Source: an uncultured Gammaproteobacteria bacterium
GTDB lineage: Bacteria; Patescibacteriota; Patescibacteriia; SG8-24
Length of the DNA: 64,000 bases
NCBI GenBank assembly: GCA_964407925.1
Contig: CAYOXM010000003.1
Location: forward strand, 5,023-69,022
Reading direction: 5' to 3'
Every line of letters begins with the position of its first letter. The stretch's first letter is position 1. The notes below the pieces were generated by a model. The model was not told the DNA's origin. It made no database searches and worked only from the letters and a program-made list of their open reading frames with translations. Below, piece by piece: positions 27,146 to 38,108 of this stretch. Position numbers and translations under genes: made by a program.

Positions 27146-27712
27146 TCAGTAGTCCAAACCGAACCGCGCCGGAACGCCGTGGTAAAAGTAATGTTTCACG
27201 AGCGACACGTCGCTCACGAGGTCGGCAAGTTCGCGGAAGGACTCGGGCGCGTCGCGTCCGGTCAGCACGAGTTCGGTCTCCGCGGGTTTCGATCGGATGA
27301 CGGCAAGCACGTCTTCCTCGGCCAGCATCCCGAGCGTCACCGTCGTGTTGATTTCGTCGAGGATGACGAGGCCGTGCTCCCCATTCGCGAAAATGCCGCG
27401 GACGATTCCGAGGCCGCGCTCGGCTTCGGCCTTATCCTCCGGCGTCACGCCGAAACGGAACCGGCCGGTCACGGGGTCGATGCGGTCGAGGCCCGTGGCA
27501 TGAAGCGCGATTTCGGGAAACCGCTCGGCGATAATCTTACGCTCGGCATAATGGTCGCCGCCCTTGTCGAAGTGGACGATGGCGACCTTCATCCCTTGCG
27601 AGACGGCGCGCAGCGCCATCCCGAGGCCCGCGGTCGTCTTGCCCTTCCCATTGCCAGTGTAGACCTGAATGAGACCCGTGGATTTCGGCGTCGCTGATGA
27701 CCTGCGTTCCAT
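27146..27712 (-). CDS. cobO: cob(I)yrinic acid a,c-diamide adenosyltransferase (CobA/CobO/BtuR family)
   Basis: IQVYTGNGKGKTTAGLGMALRAVSQGMKVAIVHFDKGG. The start was trimmed to MERR. It lies directly downstream of nrdJ. Confidence 0.8.
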   Translation of the reverse strand: MERRSSATPKSTGLIQVYTGNGKGKTTAGLGMALRAVSQGMKVAIVHFDKGGDHYAERKIIAERFPEIALHATGLDRIDPVTGRFRFGVTPEDKAEAERGLGIVRGIFANGEHGLVILDEINTTVTLGMLAEEDVLAVIRSKPAETELVLTGRDAPESFRELADLVSDVSLVKHYFYHGVPARFGLDY

Positions 27713-28046
27713 AAGCGCTGTGGACAACACGACGCCCGATCCTTGCGGACCGGGCGCCGTAGATGTGACCACCTCCTTTACGATGAATGAATCATACGCA
27801 TCGTGGAGGGCCCCGCGACCCCGACCTTTTGCCAGGGTGGCGCGGGGTCTCCCGCAGTAGTGCGGGAGACTCGCCGCCGTATCAGCTTTGCTGACGCACG
27901 GGATGGACTGACGGGAGGTACCGGGTCGCAGCTCTGGATGCACCGCTAGGCGCGGGGTGCAGTCGGGGCGCAGGCGTACTCGACGTACGCCGAGCCTCGA
28001 CGGGGACCCCGCAACGACGCGGTGCGCCAGAGATGCGGGCCGCCGT

Positions 28047-31253
<3,207 letters not shown>

Positions 31254-31430
31254 GGGTGAAAAATTTTTCGAAAAATTGCTGGTGTAGAGTAGCGCGGGTT
31301 CTCACCATGAGCAACCCTCCTTATCCACAACTAATTGTGTCTGTTAGTCCGAGTATACCACAAGATGTTGTGTTGCTTGTGGATAACCCTCCGTACAAAA
31401 AACGACACAAATTTACGCCTTCATCGAGCG
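31254..31430 (-). promoter_or_regulatory. nrdJ upstream region: DnaA-box-like 9-mers, extended -10, and an AT palindrome in the 5'UTR
   Basis: TTATCCACA at 31321 and TTGTGGATAA at 31377 are inverted. A degenerate TATACCACA sits at 31354. On the nrdJ sense strand this gives TG-G-TATACT (extended -10). AATTTTTCGAAAAATT lies at 31263-31278. Confidence 0.45.
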
Positions 31431-31435
31431 CAAAA

Positions 31436-31465
31436 AAGCCACCCGCGTCCGGGTGGCTTCTCTTG
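31436..31465 (-). terminator. GCCACCCG-GACGC-GGGTGGC followed by T6 on the minus strand
   Basis: Read directly from the sequence, 3' of the exonuclease gene. Confidence 0.5.
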
Positions 31466-31470
31466 TCACG

Positions 31471-32046
31471 CTAGAACGGCAGCGTGAGGCTGATCGGTTT
31501 TTTCTCCGCGAGCGGGTTGAAGTCGATCGGCACCTGCACCTGCTGGCCCATGCGATCCTTGTACCGCACGTGCTTGTTCGCGAGCCCGAATTCGTACACT
31601 TCCTTCGTGACTTTCACGTCCTGCAGGCAGTAGTCGCGCAGCTTGTCGATTTCGCCGCGGCGGAAAAACTCGATCGCCTGAAGGCCGTTCCCCGACTTGC
31701 CGACGCCGAGCGAGGCATGCGCGACGTCGTCGAGCTTCACGCGGAAGCCGATCTTCTTCTCGATCTCGGCCATGATGTCGAGCATCGGAAACTTCATCAG
31801 GTCGCCGGGATAGTAGGTATTCAGCACCGGAAAATCGAAACCGATGATGTTATACCCGATGATACGGTCGGCCGCTTCCATGGCGCGCCACAGTTTCGGC
31901 AGGTCCGGTTCCATGTACGACTCGTATTTGTCGGTCGCGTAATCGTACACGCCGACGAGCGAGACCTTGAGCAGCGTCGGGTCGTACTTGCCGACGTCGG
32001 CGAAACTATTGGCGGTCTCGATGTCGAGGACGAGTTCTTTTCCCAT
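31471..32046 (-). CDS. DEDDy-type 3'-5' exonuclease domain protein
   Basis: LVLDIETAN (ExoI motif) and YCLQDV (ExoIII YxxxD motif). Confidence 0.65.
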   Translation of the reverse strand: MGKELVLDIETANSFADVGKYDPTLLKVSLVGVYDYATDKYESYMEPDLPKLWRAMEAADRIIGYNIIGFDFPVLNTYYPGDLMKFPMLDIMAEIEKKIGFRVKLDDVAHASLGVGKSGNGLQAIEFFRRGEIDKLRDYCLQDVKVTKEVYEFGLANKHVRYKDRMGQQVQVPIDFNPLAEKKPISLTLPF

Positions 32047-32125
32047 ATATAGTTCAAAGGTCAGAGTATCAAAGCTTAAAGGTTAGAGCGCTCTAACCTC
32101 TGAAGCTCTCACCTCTAAACCTGTT

Positions 32126-32308
32126 TTATCCGGTACAGCCGCATTTGCAGGCGCGCTCAAAATGCTCGGCATGGCCGCAGTTCCAGCAGAACTGGCCGAC
32201 CTGCTGTTCGGCCTCGCAGCCGCAATCGCACGTACCGTCTTCCTTGTGCTCGTGGTCGCAAACCGAGCAATTCAACGACGCCGCCATACTGTTCGCGTGT
32301 CCGCTCAT
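32126..32308 (-). CDS. Cys/His-rich 60-aa protein (metallothionein-like?)
   Basis: CSVCDHEHKEDGTCDCGCEAEQQVGQFCWNCGHAEHFERACKCGC contains 10 Cys and 5 His. No clear Shine-Dalgarno. Confidence 0.4.
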   Translation of the reverse strand: MSGHANSMAASLNCSVCDHEHKEDGTCDCGCEAEQQVGQFCWNCGHAEHFERACKCGCTG

Positions 32309-32343
32309 GGGTTACGTGAGTGAAAGATGGGGGGAATTCGGGT

Positions 32344-32661
32344 TCACGCGCCGGCTGCGGCCTTGAGCTCGTCGAGACGCGCCCGCACCGTCGCCGCGGC
32401 CTCATGCTGGTTTTTGACGCTCGCGAGCCGTGCGCCGAGTTCGCTGTCGCCGACGACTTCGATGACCCATCGTGACAGGTCGTTCTTCTGACCGCTCACG
32501 TGGTAGGCGAAAACTTCGTCGCTGACGGTGCCGACGCCGACGCCGAATTCCTCGAGGTTCTTCGCCACGAGATGCATGTGGAACCAGAACGCGCGCCACA
32601 TCGGCTCGACGTCCTTCAGGTACTTGCGCGCTGTCTCGGCGCTGACGATGTCGGCTGCCAT
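32344..32661 (-). CDS. hypothetical protein
   Basis: Internal Met (MAADIVSAETARKY...) of the track ORF. No motif recognised. Confidence 0.35.
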   Translation of the reverse strand: MAADIVSAETARKYLKDVEPMWRAFWFHMHLVAKNLEEFGVGVGTVSDEVFAYHVSGQKNDLSRWVIEVVGDSELGARLASVKNQHEAAATVRARLDELKAAAGA

Positions 32662-32773
32662 AGGTCGACGGTAAGTATACCATCGGTCGTCGTAGCCGCA
32701 AGAAGCGGGCAGTTGCCTTTCCCCGCGCCCTCTGGAACGATGCATCCAAGCCCTTTTTTGGCCGAGGTGAACC

Positions 32774-33166
32774 GTGAAGAAGCGCTCCCCGCGGGCGCTC
32801 CGTGAGCGCCGCCTGCATTACCGCCTGCTCGGCAGGACATACGCCATCCTCCGATCCGACGAGTGGCGCGTCCGCCTCGTGCGGATGCACGGCAACGGCA
32901 AACTGTGCGGCGCGCTCGGCGTGCCCACGACCTCGATCGGCACGGTCGACGACGAGGCGCAGGTCATTACCATCGACCTGCGCAACGACATCCTTTCGAC
33001 CGCGCTTCACGAGTGCCTCCACGTCATCGTCGGCGACCGCTTCGGTCCCGGCCGCCACAAGACCGAAGAGCGCGAGGTGCTGCGACTCGAAAAACTGATG
33101 ATGCGGCATCTGTCGCATGCGCAGGCCACCCGCCTTTTCCGCCTCATCGCGGCCCGGCTCGAATGA
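32774..33166 (+). CDS. small HExxH-motif protein (putative metallopeptidase-like)
   Basis: GTG start with GAGGTGA upstream. ALHECLHVIVGD contains the HExxH motif. Confidence 0.4.
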   Translation: MKKRSPRALRERRLHYRLLGRTYAILRSDEWRVRLVRMHGNGKLCGALGVPTTSIGTVDDEAQVITIDLRNDILSTALHECLHVIVGDRFGPGRHKTEEREVLRLEKLMMRHLSHAQATRLFRLIAARLE

Positions 33167-33197
33167 AAAACCCCCGCTTCGTGCGGGGGCGTTTTAT
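33167..33197. terminator. A5-ACCCCCGC-TTCGT-GCGGGGGC followed by T4, bidirectional
   Basis: Read directly from the sequence. Confidence 0.55.
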
Positions 33198-34501
33198 GTT
33201 CCGCCCAGACGGGCGAGGACGCGCTCGAACGACGCGAGGTCCGGATCGATGACCACGGGCGCGTTCGCGCGAGAGGGCGGGATGCCGGGGAGCGCGCCCG
33301 AGTGATAGCCGACGGTCGCGTCGGGATCCTTGAGCATGTGCCCGGTGAGCACGGCGAGGACGGAATCCCCGCGGCGCACGAGGCCGACGTCGGCGAGCTT
33401 CTTGAGTCCCGCGGCCGCGGCGCACGAGGCCGGTTCCGCGCCGACGCCGTCGGCATCAAGGACGGCTTTCGCGTCCATGATTTCGCGGTCGTCGACCTGC
33501 ACCACGACGCCGTCGGTCTCGCGGATGGTGCGGACCGCCTTGTCGAAGTTGACCGGCGCGCCGATCTTGATCGCCGTCGCGATCGTCTCGGCGCGGACGA
33601 CCCGCTTCTTCCAGCCGTCGTGCATGTGCTGCGCGAGCCATAGCGGGTTCGCTCCGGCCGCCTGCACCATGGCGATGCGTGGAACGCGGGAGATGAGCCC
33701 GAGCTCGCGCGCTTCCTTCACCGCCTTCCCGAACGCCGCCGCGTTGCCGAGATTTCCGGCAGGAACGACGATCCAGTCGGGCGCGACCCATTTCATCTGC
33801 TCGAACGCCTCGAGCATCACGGTCTTCTGGCCTTCGAGCCGGACGGGATTCACGGAATTCATCACCGTGAGCCCGAACCGTTCCCGCGCCGAAAGCAGGA
33901 GCTTCAGCGCGTCGTCGAAGTCGCCGCGGACCTTCACCGTCGTGGCACCGTAGGCGAGCGATTGCGCGACCTTGCCGAGCGCCGTCCCCTTCTCGGAGAT
34001 GAGGATGACGGACGGGATGCCCGCGAGCGCCGCATAGGACGCGACGGACGCAGAGGTGTTGCCGGTCGAGGCGCACGCGACGATTTTCGCCCCGCACCGC
34101 TTCGCCCACGTCATCGCGACGGTCATGCCGCGGTCCTTGAAGGAGCCGGTCGGGTTCTCCCCCTCGTGCTTGAAGCGCGCGCCAGGGAGGCCGAGCCAGC
34201 GGTTGGTCCTCGCGAACTCATAGAACCGGGTGTTACCTTCCGCGCGCATGACGAGTTCGTCATCGGCGAGGCCGGGCATTACGAGGTCGCGGAAGCGCCA
34301 GACGCCGCTCTGGTCCGCCGGCGACTCGAGATGCCACCGACGGATGGCGAACATGGCGCGGAGCGAGTCTCCGCGGTAGCGCAGGGCGGACCAGTCATGA
34401 ACGACGTCGAGCAGGCCGCCGCAGTCGCAGGCGTAACGGTCGCCGTCGAGCGGATACGTGTCCGTGCAAAGAACGCACGCGAGGCGTGACGTCAGCTCCA
34501 T
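33194..34501 (-). CDS. thrC: threonine synthase
   Basis: FKDRGMTVAMTWA (PLP lysine) and an N-terminal Zn-ribbon-like CVLC...CDCGG. Confidence 0.9.
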   Translation of the reverse strand: MELTSRLACVLCTDTYPLDGDRYACDCGGLLDVVHDWSALRYRGDSLRAMFAIRRWHLESPADQSGVWRFRDLVMPGLADDELVMRAEGNTRFYEFARTNRWLGLPGARFKHEGENPTGSFKDRGMTVAMTWAKRCGAKIVACASTGNTSASVASYAALAGIPSVILISEKGTALGKVAQSLAYGATTVKVRGDFDDALKLLLSARERFGLTVMNSVNPVRLEGQKTVMLEAFEQMKWVAPDWIVVPAGNLGNAAAFGKAVKEARELGLISRVPRIAMVQAAGANPLWLAQHMHDGWKKRVVRAETIATAIKIGAPVNFDKAVRTIRETDGVVVQVDDREIMDAKAVLDADGVGAEPASCAAAAGLKKLADVGLVRRGDSVLAVLTGHMLKDPDATVGYHSGALPGIPPSRANAPVVIDPDLASFERVLARLGGT

Positions 34502-34503
34502 CG

Positions 34504-35472
34504 CTAACTCCTTTCAATCGTCCGAGCGCCACCGGCGCCGACTCGGCTCACGATGACATCGGAGGGGATGCCGGTTTTCCGCCAAGCGGCCCGCATCATC
34601 CTCGCGACGACCTTCGCACGGGCCGGCCCATCAGTCAAAGCGAAAAGCGCGGGACCGGCGCCGGAGACCGAGGCACAAGCGGCGCCGGCGGCGAGCGCGG
34701 CGCGGATGACCTCTGCGCCGCCGCGGATAAGACGAAGACGGACCGGCGCGGCAACGGCATCGGCCATGACCGCACGGCCGAATAAGGCCAAGTCCTTCCT
34801 ATATATGGCTGCGACGGCGGTGGCCGTGTTCGCGGCGGTCGCAGCCATGACGGCGAGCGGCACGGCTCTCGGGAGAGCCGCTCGCGAAGCCTTGGTTTCA
34901 AGCGTCAGCGCGGGGCTCACGACGACGACCTGCCACGTTTTCGGCGGCACGAGACGGACGACCTCGGGCGGATCCCCCGGACGGATGACGCAAAACCCGC
35001 CGAACAGCGCGGGCGCGACGTTGTCTGCATGCGCGACGCCGCAGGCGATACGCTCGCCCTCGCGAGCGAGGTCAAGAAGTCCGTCATCGTCGAACCGTCC
35101 GCCGAGGAGCGCGTTCGCGGCGACCGCGGCGGCGGCCGCTGAAGCGGATGAGGAGCCGAGCCCGCTCCCGAGGGGCAACCCCTTTGTCAAACGGACATCA
35201 GCGCCGAACCGCACGCCGGCGCGACGGAACGCGAGCGCGACGACCGCCGACGCGACGTTCTTGCGCGCGTCACGGGAAAGCTTTCCGCCGTCGCCCTCGA
35301 CGCCGACGAGCCGCACGCCCGGACGAGTCGAACGGGCCGCGGCCACGACGTCGCCACGGCCCTCCAGCGCGAACCCGAAAACGTCGAACCCCGGACCGAC
35401 GTTGGCGACGGTCGCCGGGGCGAACGCTGATACGTGATCAAGACGTCCTTTCATTCCCTTATGTATACCCAT
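34504..35472 (-). CDS. thrB: homoserine kinase
   Basis: GHMP kinase motifs NVGPGFDVFG and LPLGSGLGSSSASAAAA. Confidence 0.8.
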   Translation of the reverse strand: MGIHKGMKGRLDHVSAFAPATVANVGPGFDVFGFALEGRGDVVAAARSTRPGVRLVGVEGDGGKLSRDARKNVASAVVALAFRRAGVRFGADVRLTKGLPLGSGLGSSSASAAAAAVAANALLGGRFDDDGLLDLAREGERIACGVAHADNVAPALFGGFCVIRPGDPPEVVRLVPPKTWQVVVVSPALTLETKASRAALPRAVPLAVMAATAANTATAVAAIYRKDLALFGRAVMADAVAAPVRLRLIRGGAEVIRAALAAGAACASVSGAGPALFALTDGPARAKVVARMMRAAWRKTGIPSDVIVSRVGAGGARTIERS

Positions 35473-35753
35473 GCCTTCGTCCCGCTCGCGAGATGCACCC
35501 GCATGCGCTGGTACGTTTCCGACTCATACCCGTCGACGCGCCGCAGCGTCTCCTCGTCGACGTCGATGACGTCCCCCGCGACCGACATGCCGCCCGCGGG
35601 GGCGATGTTGGGATAGGCCATCCCCTGAATGGTCGTCGTCGTTTTCGCGTACCCCTCAAGGACGTCGGGAACGCGCTCCGGCCGCCCGCCGAAGAGCGCA
35701 CGTCCGATGTCTCCGTCGCGAAGCGTCCCGTAGGTGAACAGCTTTTCCTTGTG
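35451..35753 (-). CDS. gamma-glutamyl cyclotransferase-like (AIG2/GGCT family) protein
   Basis: Internal start MHKEKLFTYGTLRDGD..., with YGTL and E-containing core. It overlaps the thrB 5' end by about 20 nt. Confidence 0.5.
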   Translation of the reverse strand, partial: HKEKLFTYGTLRDGDIGRALFGGRPERVPDVLEGYAKTTTTIQGMAYPNIAPAGGMSVAGDVIDVDEETLRRVDGYESETYQRMRVHLASGTKAWVYIRE

Positions 35754-35909
35754 CATACGGAAAGGGTTAATGAGTATGCCTTCAGCGTGACGCCGTGGGG
35801 GAAGGCCGTCAACGCCCCTCAAAGCGGGGGGATTATTGACTTTTTCGGCGTAAACGCGCATACTCCTCGCGCCCGAAAGGGCACGTTCTCTGCAAAAAAG
35901 GAGCGCGCG

Positions 35910-36659
35910 ATGGACAGCCGAACGGCACTGGGAATCGACATGATCCGCACGATCGTCGGGTGGCGGCTCAAGGAAAGCCTGCTTTTCATCCCCTCGGACG
36001 ATTACGAGGACGAGCGGGAGGAGATCGACGAGGCGTGCACGGCGGCGCGCAAGGCCTTCGTCAGCCGACTGACCGACATCGCCGTCGCCGACGCCGCGGG
36101 AACGCGGTCGGCCGCCCTCCTCGTCACGCCGGACGAGGCGGAACGGCTCTTCGGCCCGCTCGCCGGACGCATCGCGGAAGCGATGAACGCGGGCAAGGAG
36201 GGCGAGGACGCCGCCCGGCGCCTGCGCATCGAACGCGCCGGACTCGTCGGTTTCGTGCGCGCCTGCGCTCCGGCCGCGGCGCGGTACTGCACGGAACCGA
36301 CGGCGGCGCTGCGCCGCGACGCCGAGGCGCTCGCCGGCTTCGTCGCGGAAAACGACCTGCTCCTCGAAGACCTCGACGAGAACGCCTGGCGCGCGTTCCT
36401 GCGCCGTACCACGACGCCGGAGGCGTTCCGGAACCGGATCACGAGCTACGTGAACCGCGTCACCGACGAGGAACCGCTGCTCGCGCAGTTCGTCCACGCG
36501 TTCCGGCGCGAGTTCCCCGATCCGGCCGAGTACCGTTCGGTCGAGGAGGAGCTTCGGCTGAACGACGCCGCGCAGATGGCCGCCGATCTCGAGGAGATCC
36601 GCGAAGACGTCGGCAACATCGTCAACGACGTCATCGGGGAGGTTTGGCCGCCGGGCTGA
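35910..36659 (+). CDS. hypothetical protein (opposite strand, embedded in the thr gene cluster)
   Basis: AAAGGAG lies 7 nt upstream of the ATG at 35910. Confidence 0.45.
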   Translation: MDSRTALGIDMIRTIVGWRLKESLLFIPSDDYEDEREEIDEACTAARKAFVSRLTDIAVADAAGTRSAALLVTPDEAERLFGPLAGRIAEAMNAGKEGEDAARRLRIERAGLVGFVRACAPAAARYCTEPTAALRRDAEALAGFVAENDLLLEDLDENAWRAFLRRTTTPEAFRNRITSYVNRVTDEEPLLAQFVHAFRREFPDPAEYRSVEEELRLNDAAQMAADLEEIREDVGNIVNDVIGEVWPPG

Positions 36660-36689
36660 CCGTCGCCGACGGCGATTCCGAGGACCGCT

Positions 36690-37034
36690 TCATGCGGTCC
36701 TTTTTTCTTCGTCCGTCACCTCACTGCCGGGCCGCCTACCGACGTACGCGAACGCGACCGTGCCGCTCGCGAGGACGAACGCCCGTCGCTCGTACGCCGA
36801 CGTCTCATACTCGTCCGCGCGCCGCAACTCGTCATCGGACACGTCGACGACGTCGCCCTTCACGGCCGCGTCTTCCTCGATGACGAGGTCGGGATAATTC
36901 CTGCCCTCGACCGTGATTTGCGTCAGGCCGTATCCGTCGAGATGGTCGGAACGGCTCTCGAGCCTGCGTCCGAACACTTCCTCCTGGACGGCCGGTTCGC
37001 GGAGCGTGCCGTAGATGAAAAGCGCGTGCGTCAT
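36690..37034 (-). CDS. gamma-glutamyl cyclotransferase-like (AIG2/GGCT family) protein, paralog of 35451..35753
   Basis: MTHALFIYGTLREPAVQEEVFGRR... aligns with the first copy. Confidence 0.55.
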   Translation of the reverse strand: MTHALFIYGTLREPAVQEEVFGRRLESRSDHLDGYGLTQITVEGRNYPDLVIEEDAAVKGDVVDVSDDELRRADEYETSAYERRAFVLASGTVAFAYVGRRPGSEVTDEEKRTA

Positions 37035-37041
37035 AATATTT

Positions 37042-38097
37042 TCAGAGCAGTCCCCGTGCCGCGAGCAACTCCGCGTCGGCAACGGCGGCACCGGCCGCGC
37101 CACGGACGGTATTATGCGACAGGACGACGAATTTCCACTGGAGTATCGGGCACTTGCGAAGCCGACCGACGCTCACCGCCATTCCCCTGCCCGCGTCGCG
37201 GTCGCGCCGCGGCTGCGGACGGTTTTCCTCCTCGCGCACGACGACGAACGGCGTCGGAAGGCTCGGCAATCCGAGCGCCGCGACGGACGGGACGTACGAG
37301 CGCCACGCCGCGAGGACGTCCTCGGCCGACGCCCGCGCGCCGAGTTCCACGGACACGCACTCGAGATGACCGTCGCGGACGTGCACGCGGTTGCAGTGCG
37401 CCGAGACGGCGATGTCCGCGTCCGCGAACCGTTCGCCGTCGTACCGCCCAAGGAGCTTTAGCGTCTCCGCCTGCATCTTTTCCTCCTCCCCCTTGATGAA
37501 CGGCACGACGTTGTCGAGGATGTCGAGCGACGGCACGCCCGGATAGCCCGCGCCGGAAATCGCCTGCATCGTAGTGACGAGGACTTTCGTCACGCCGAAC
37601 GCGTCTTGGAGCGGCTTGAGCGCGCAAACGAGACCGACGGTCGAACAGTTCGGGTTCGTGACGATGAATCCCCTGCGCCAGCCGCGATTCGCCTTCTGCC
37701 GCGCGACGGCGCCAAGATGGTCGGCGTTCACTTCGGGGATGACAAGCGGCACGTCTGGCTCCATCCGGTGATTCTTCGCGTTCGAGATGACGGGATACCC
37801 GGCTTCGGCGAAGGACGCTTCGATTTCCCCCGCGACCGCGTTATCGAGGCCCGAGAGCACGAAATCGCAATCGAGGCCGGGCGTGCACTCGCGTACCACC
37901 ATGCCTTTCGCCCAGTCGGGCATCGGCTGGTCGAGCTGCCAGGCCGCGGCCTCGGCGTACGGCTTGCCGGCGGACTGCTCGGATGCGGCGAGCGCGGTCA
38001 CCGAGAACCAAGGATGATTGTCGAGCAGCGCGAGCATCCTTTGTCCGACCGTGCCGGTCGCGCCGAGGATTCCCACGCGCCAATGTTTTTTTTCCAT
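37042..38097 (-). CDS. asd: aspartate-semialdehyde dehydrogenase
   Basis: VGILGATGTVGQ, plus an active-site Cys region. Confidence 0.9.
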   Translation of the reverse strand: MEKKHWRVGILGATGTVGQRMLALLDNHPWFSVTALAASEQSAGKPYAEAAAWQLDQPMPDWAKGMVVRECTPGLDCDFVLSGLDNAVAGEIEASFAEAGYPVISNAKNHRMEPDVPLVIPEVNADHLGAVARQKANRGWRRGFIVTNPNCSTVGLVCALKPLQDAFGVTKVLVTTMQAISGAGYPGVPSLDILDNVVPFIKGEEEKMQAETLKLLGRYDGERFADADIAVSAHCNRVHVRDGHLECVSVELGARASAEDVLAAWRSYVPSVAALGLPSLPTPFVVVREEENRPQPRRDRDAGRGMAVSVGRLRKCPILQWKFVVLSHNTVRGAAGAAVADAELLAARGLL

Positions 38098-38108
38098 AGG
38101 ATTGCCGG

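Noticed and set aside
27781-28046. Calling the structured nrdJ-cobO intergenic region a cobalamin riboswitch
   Set aside because: Neither strand shows a B12 box (GCCACTG / GGAGACCkGCC-type) or the AGGGAA / GGTGAAA cores. It is kept only as an unclassified structured element.
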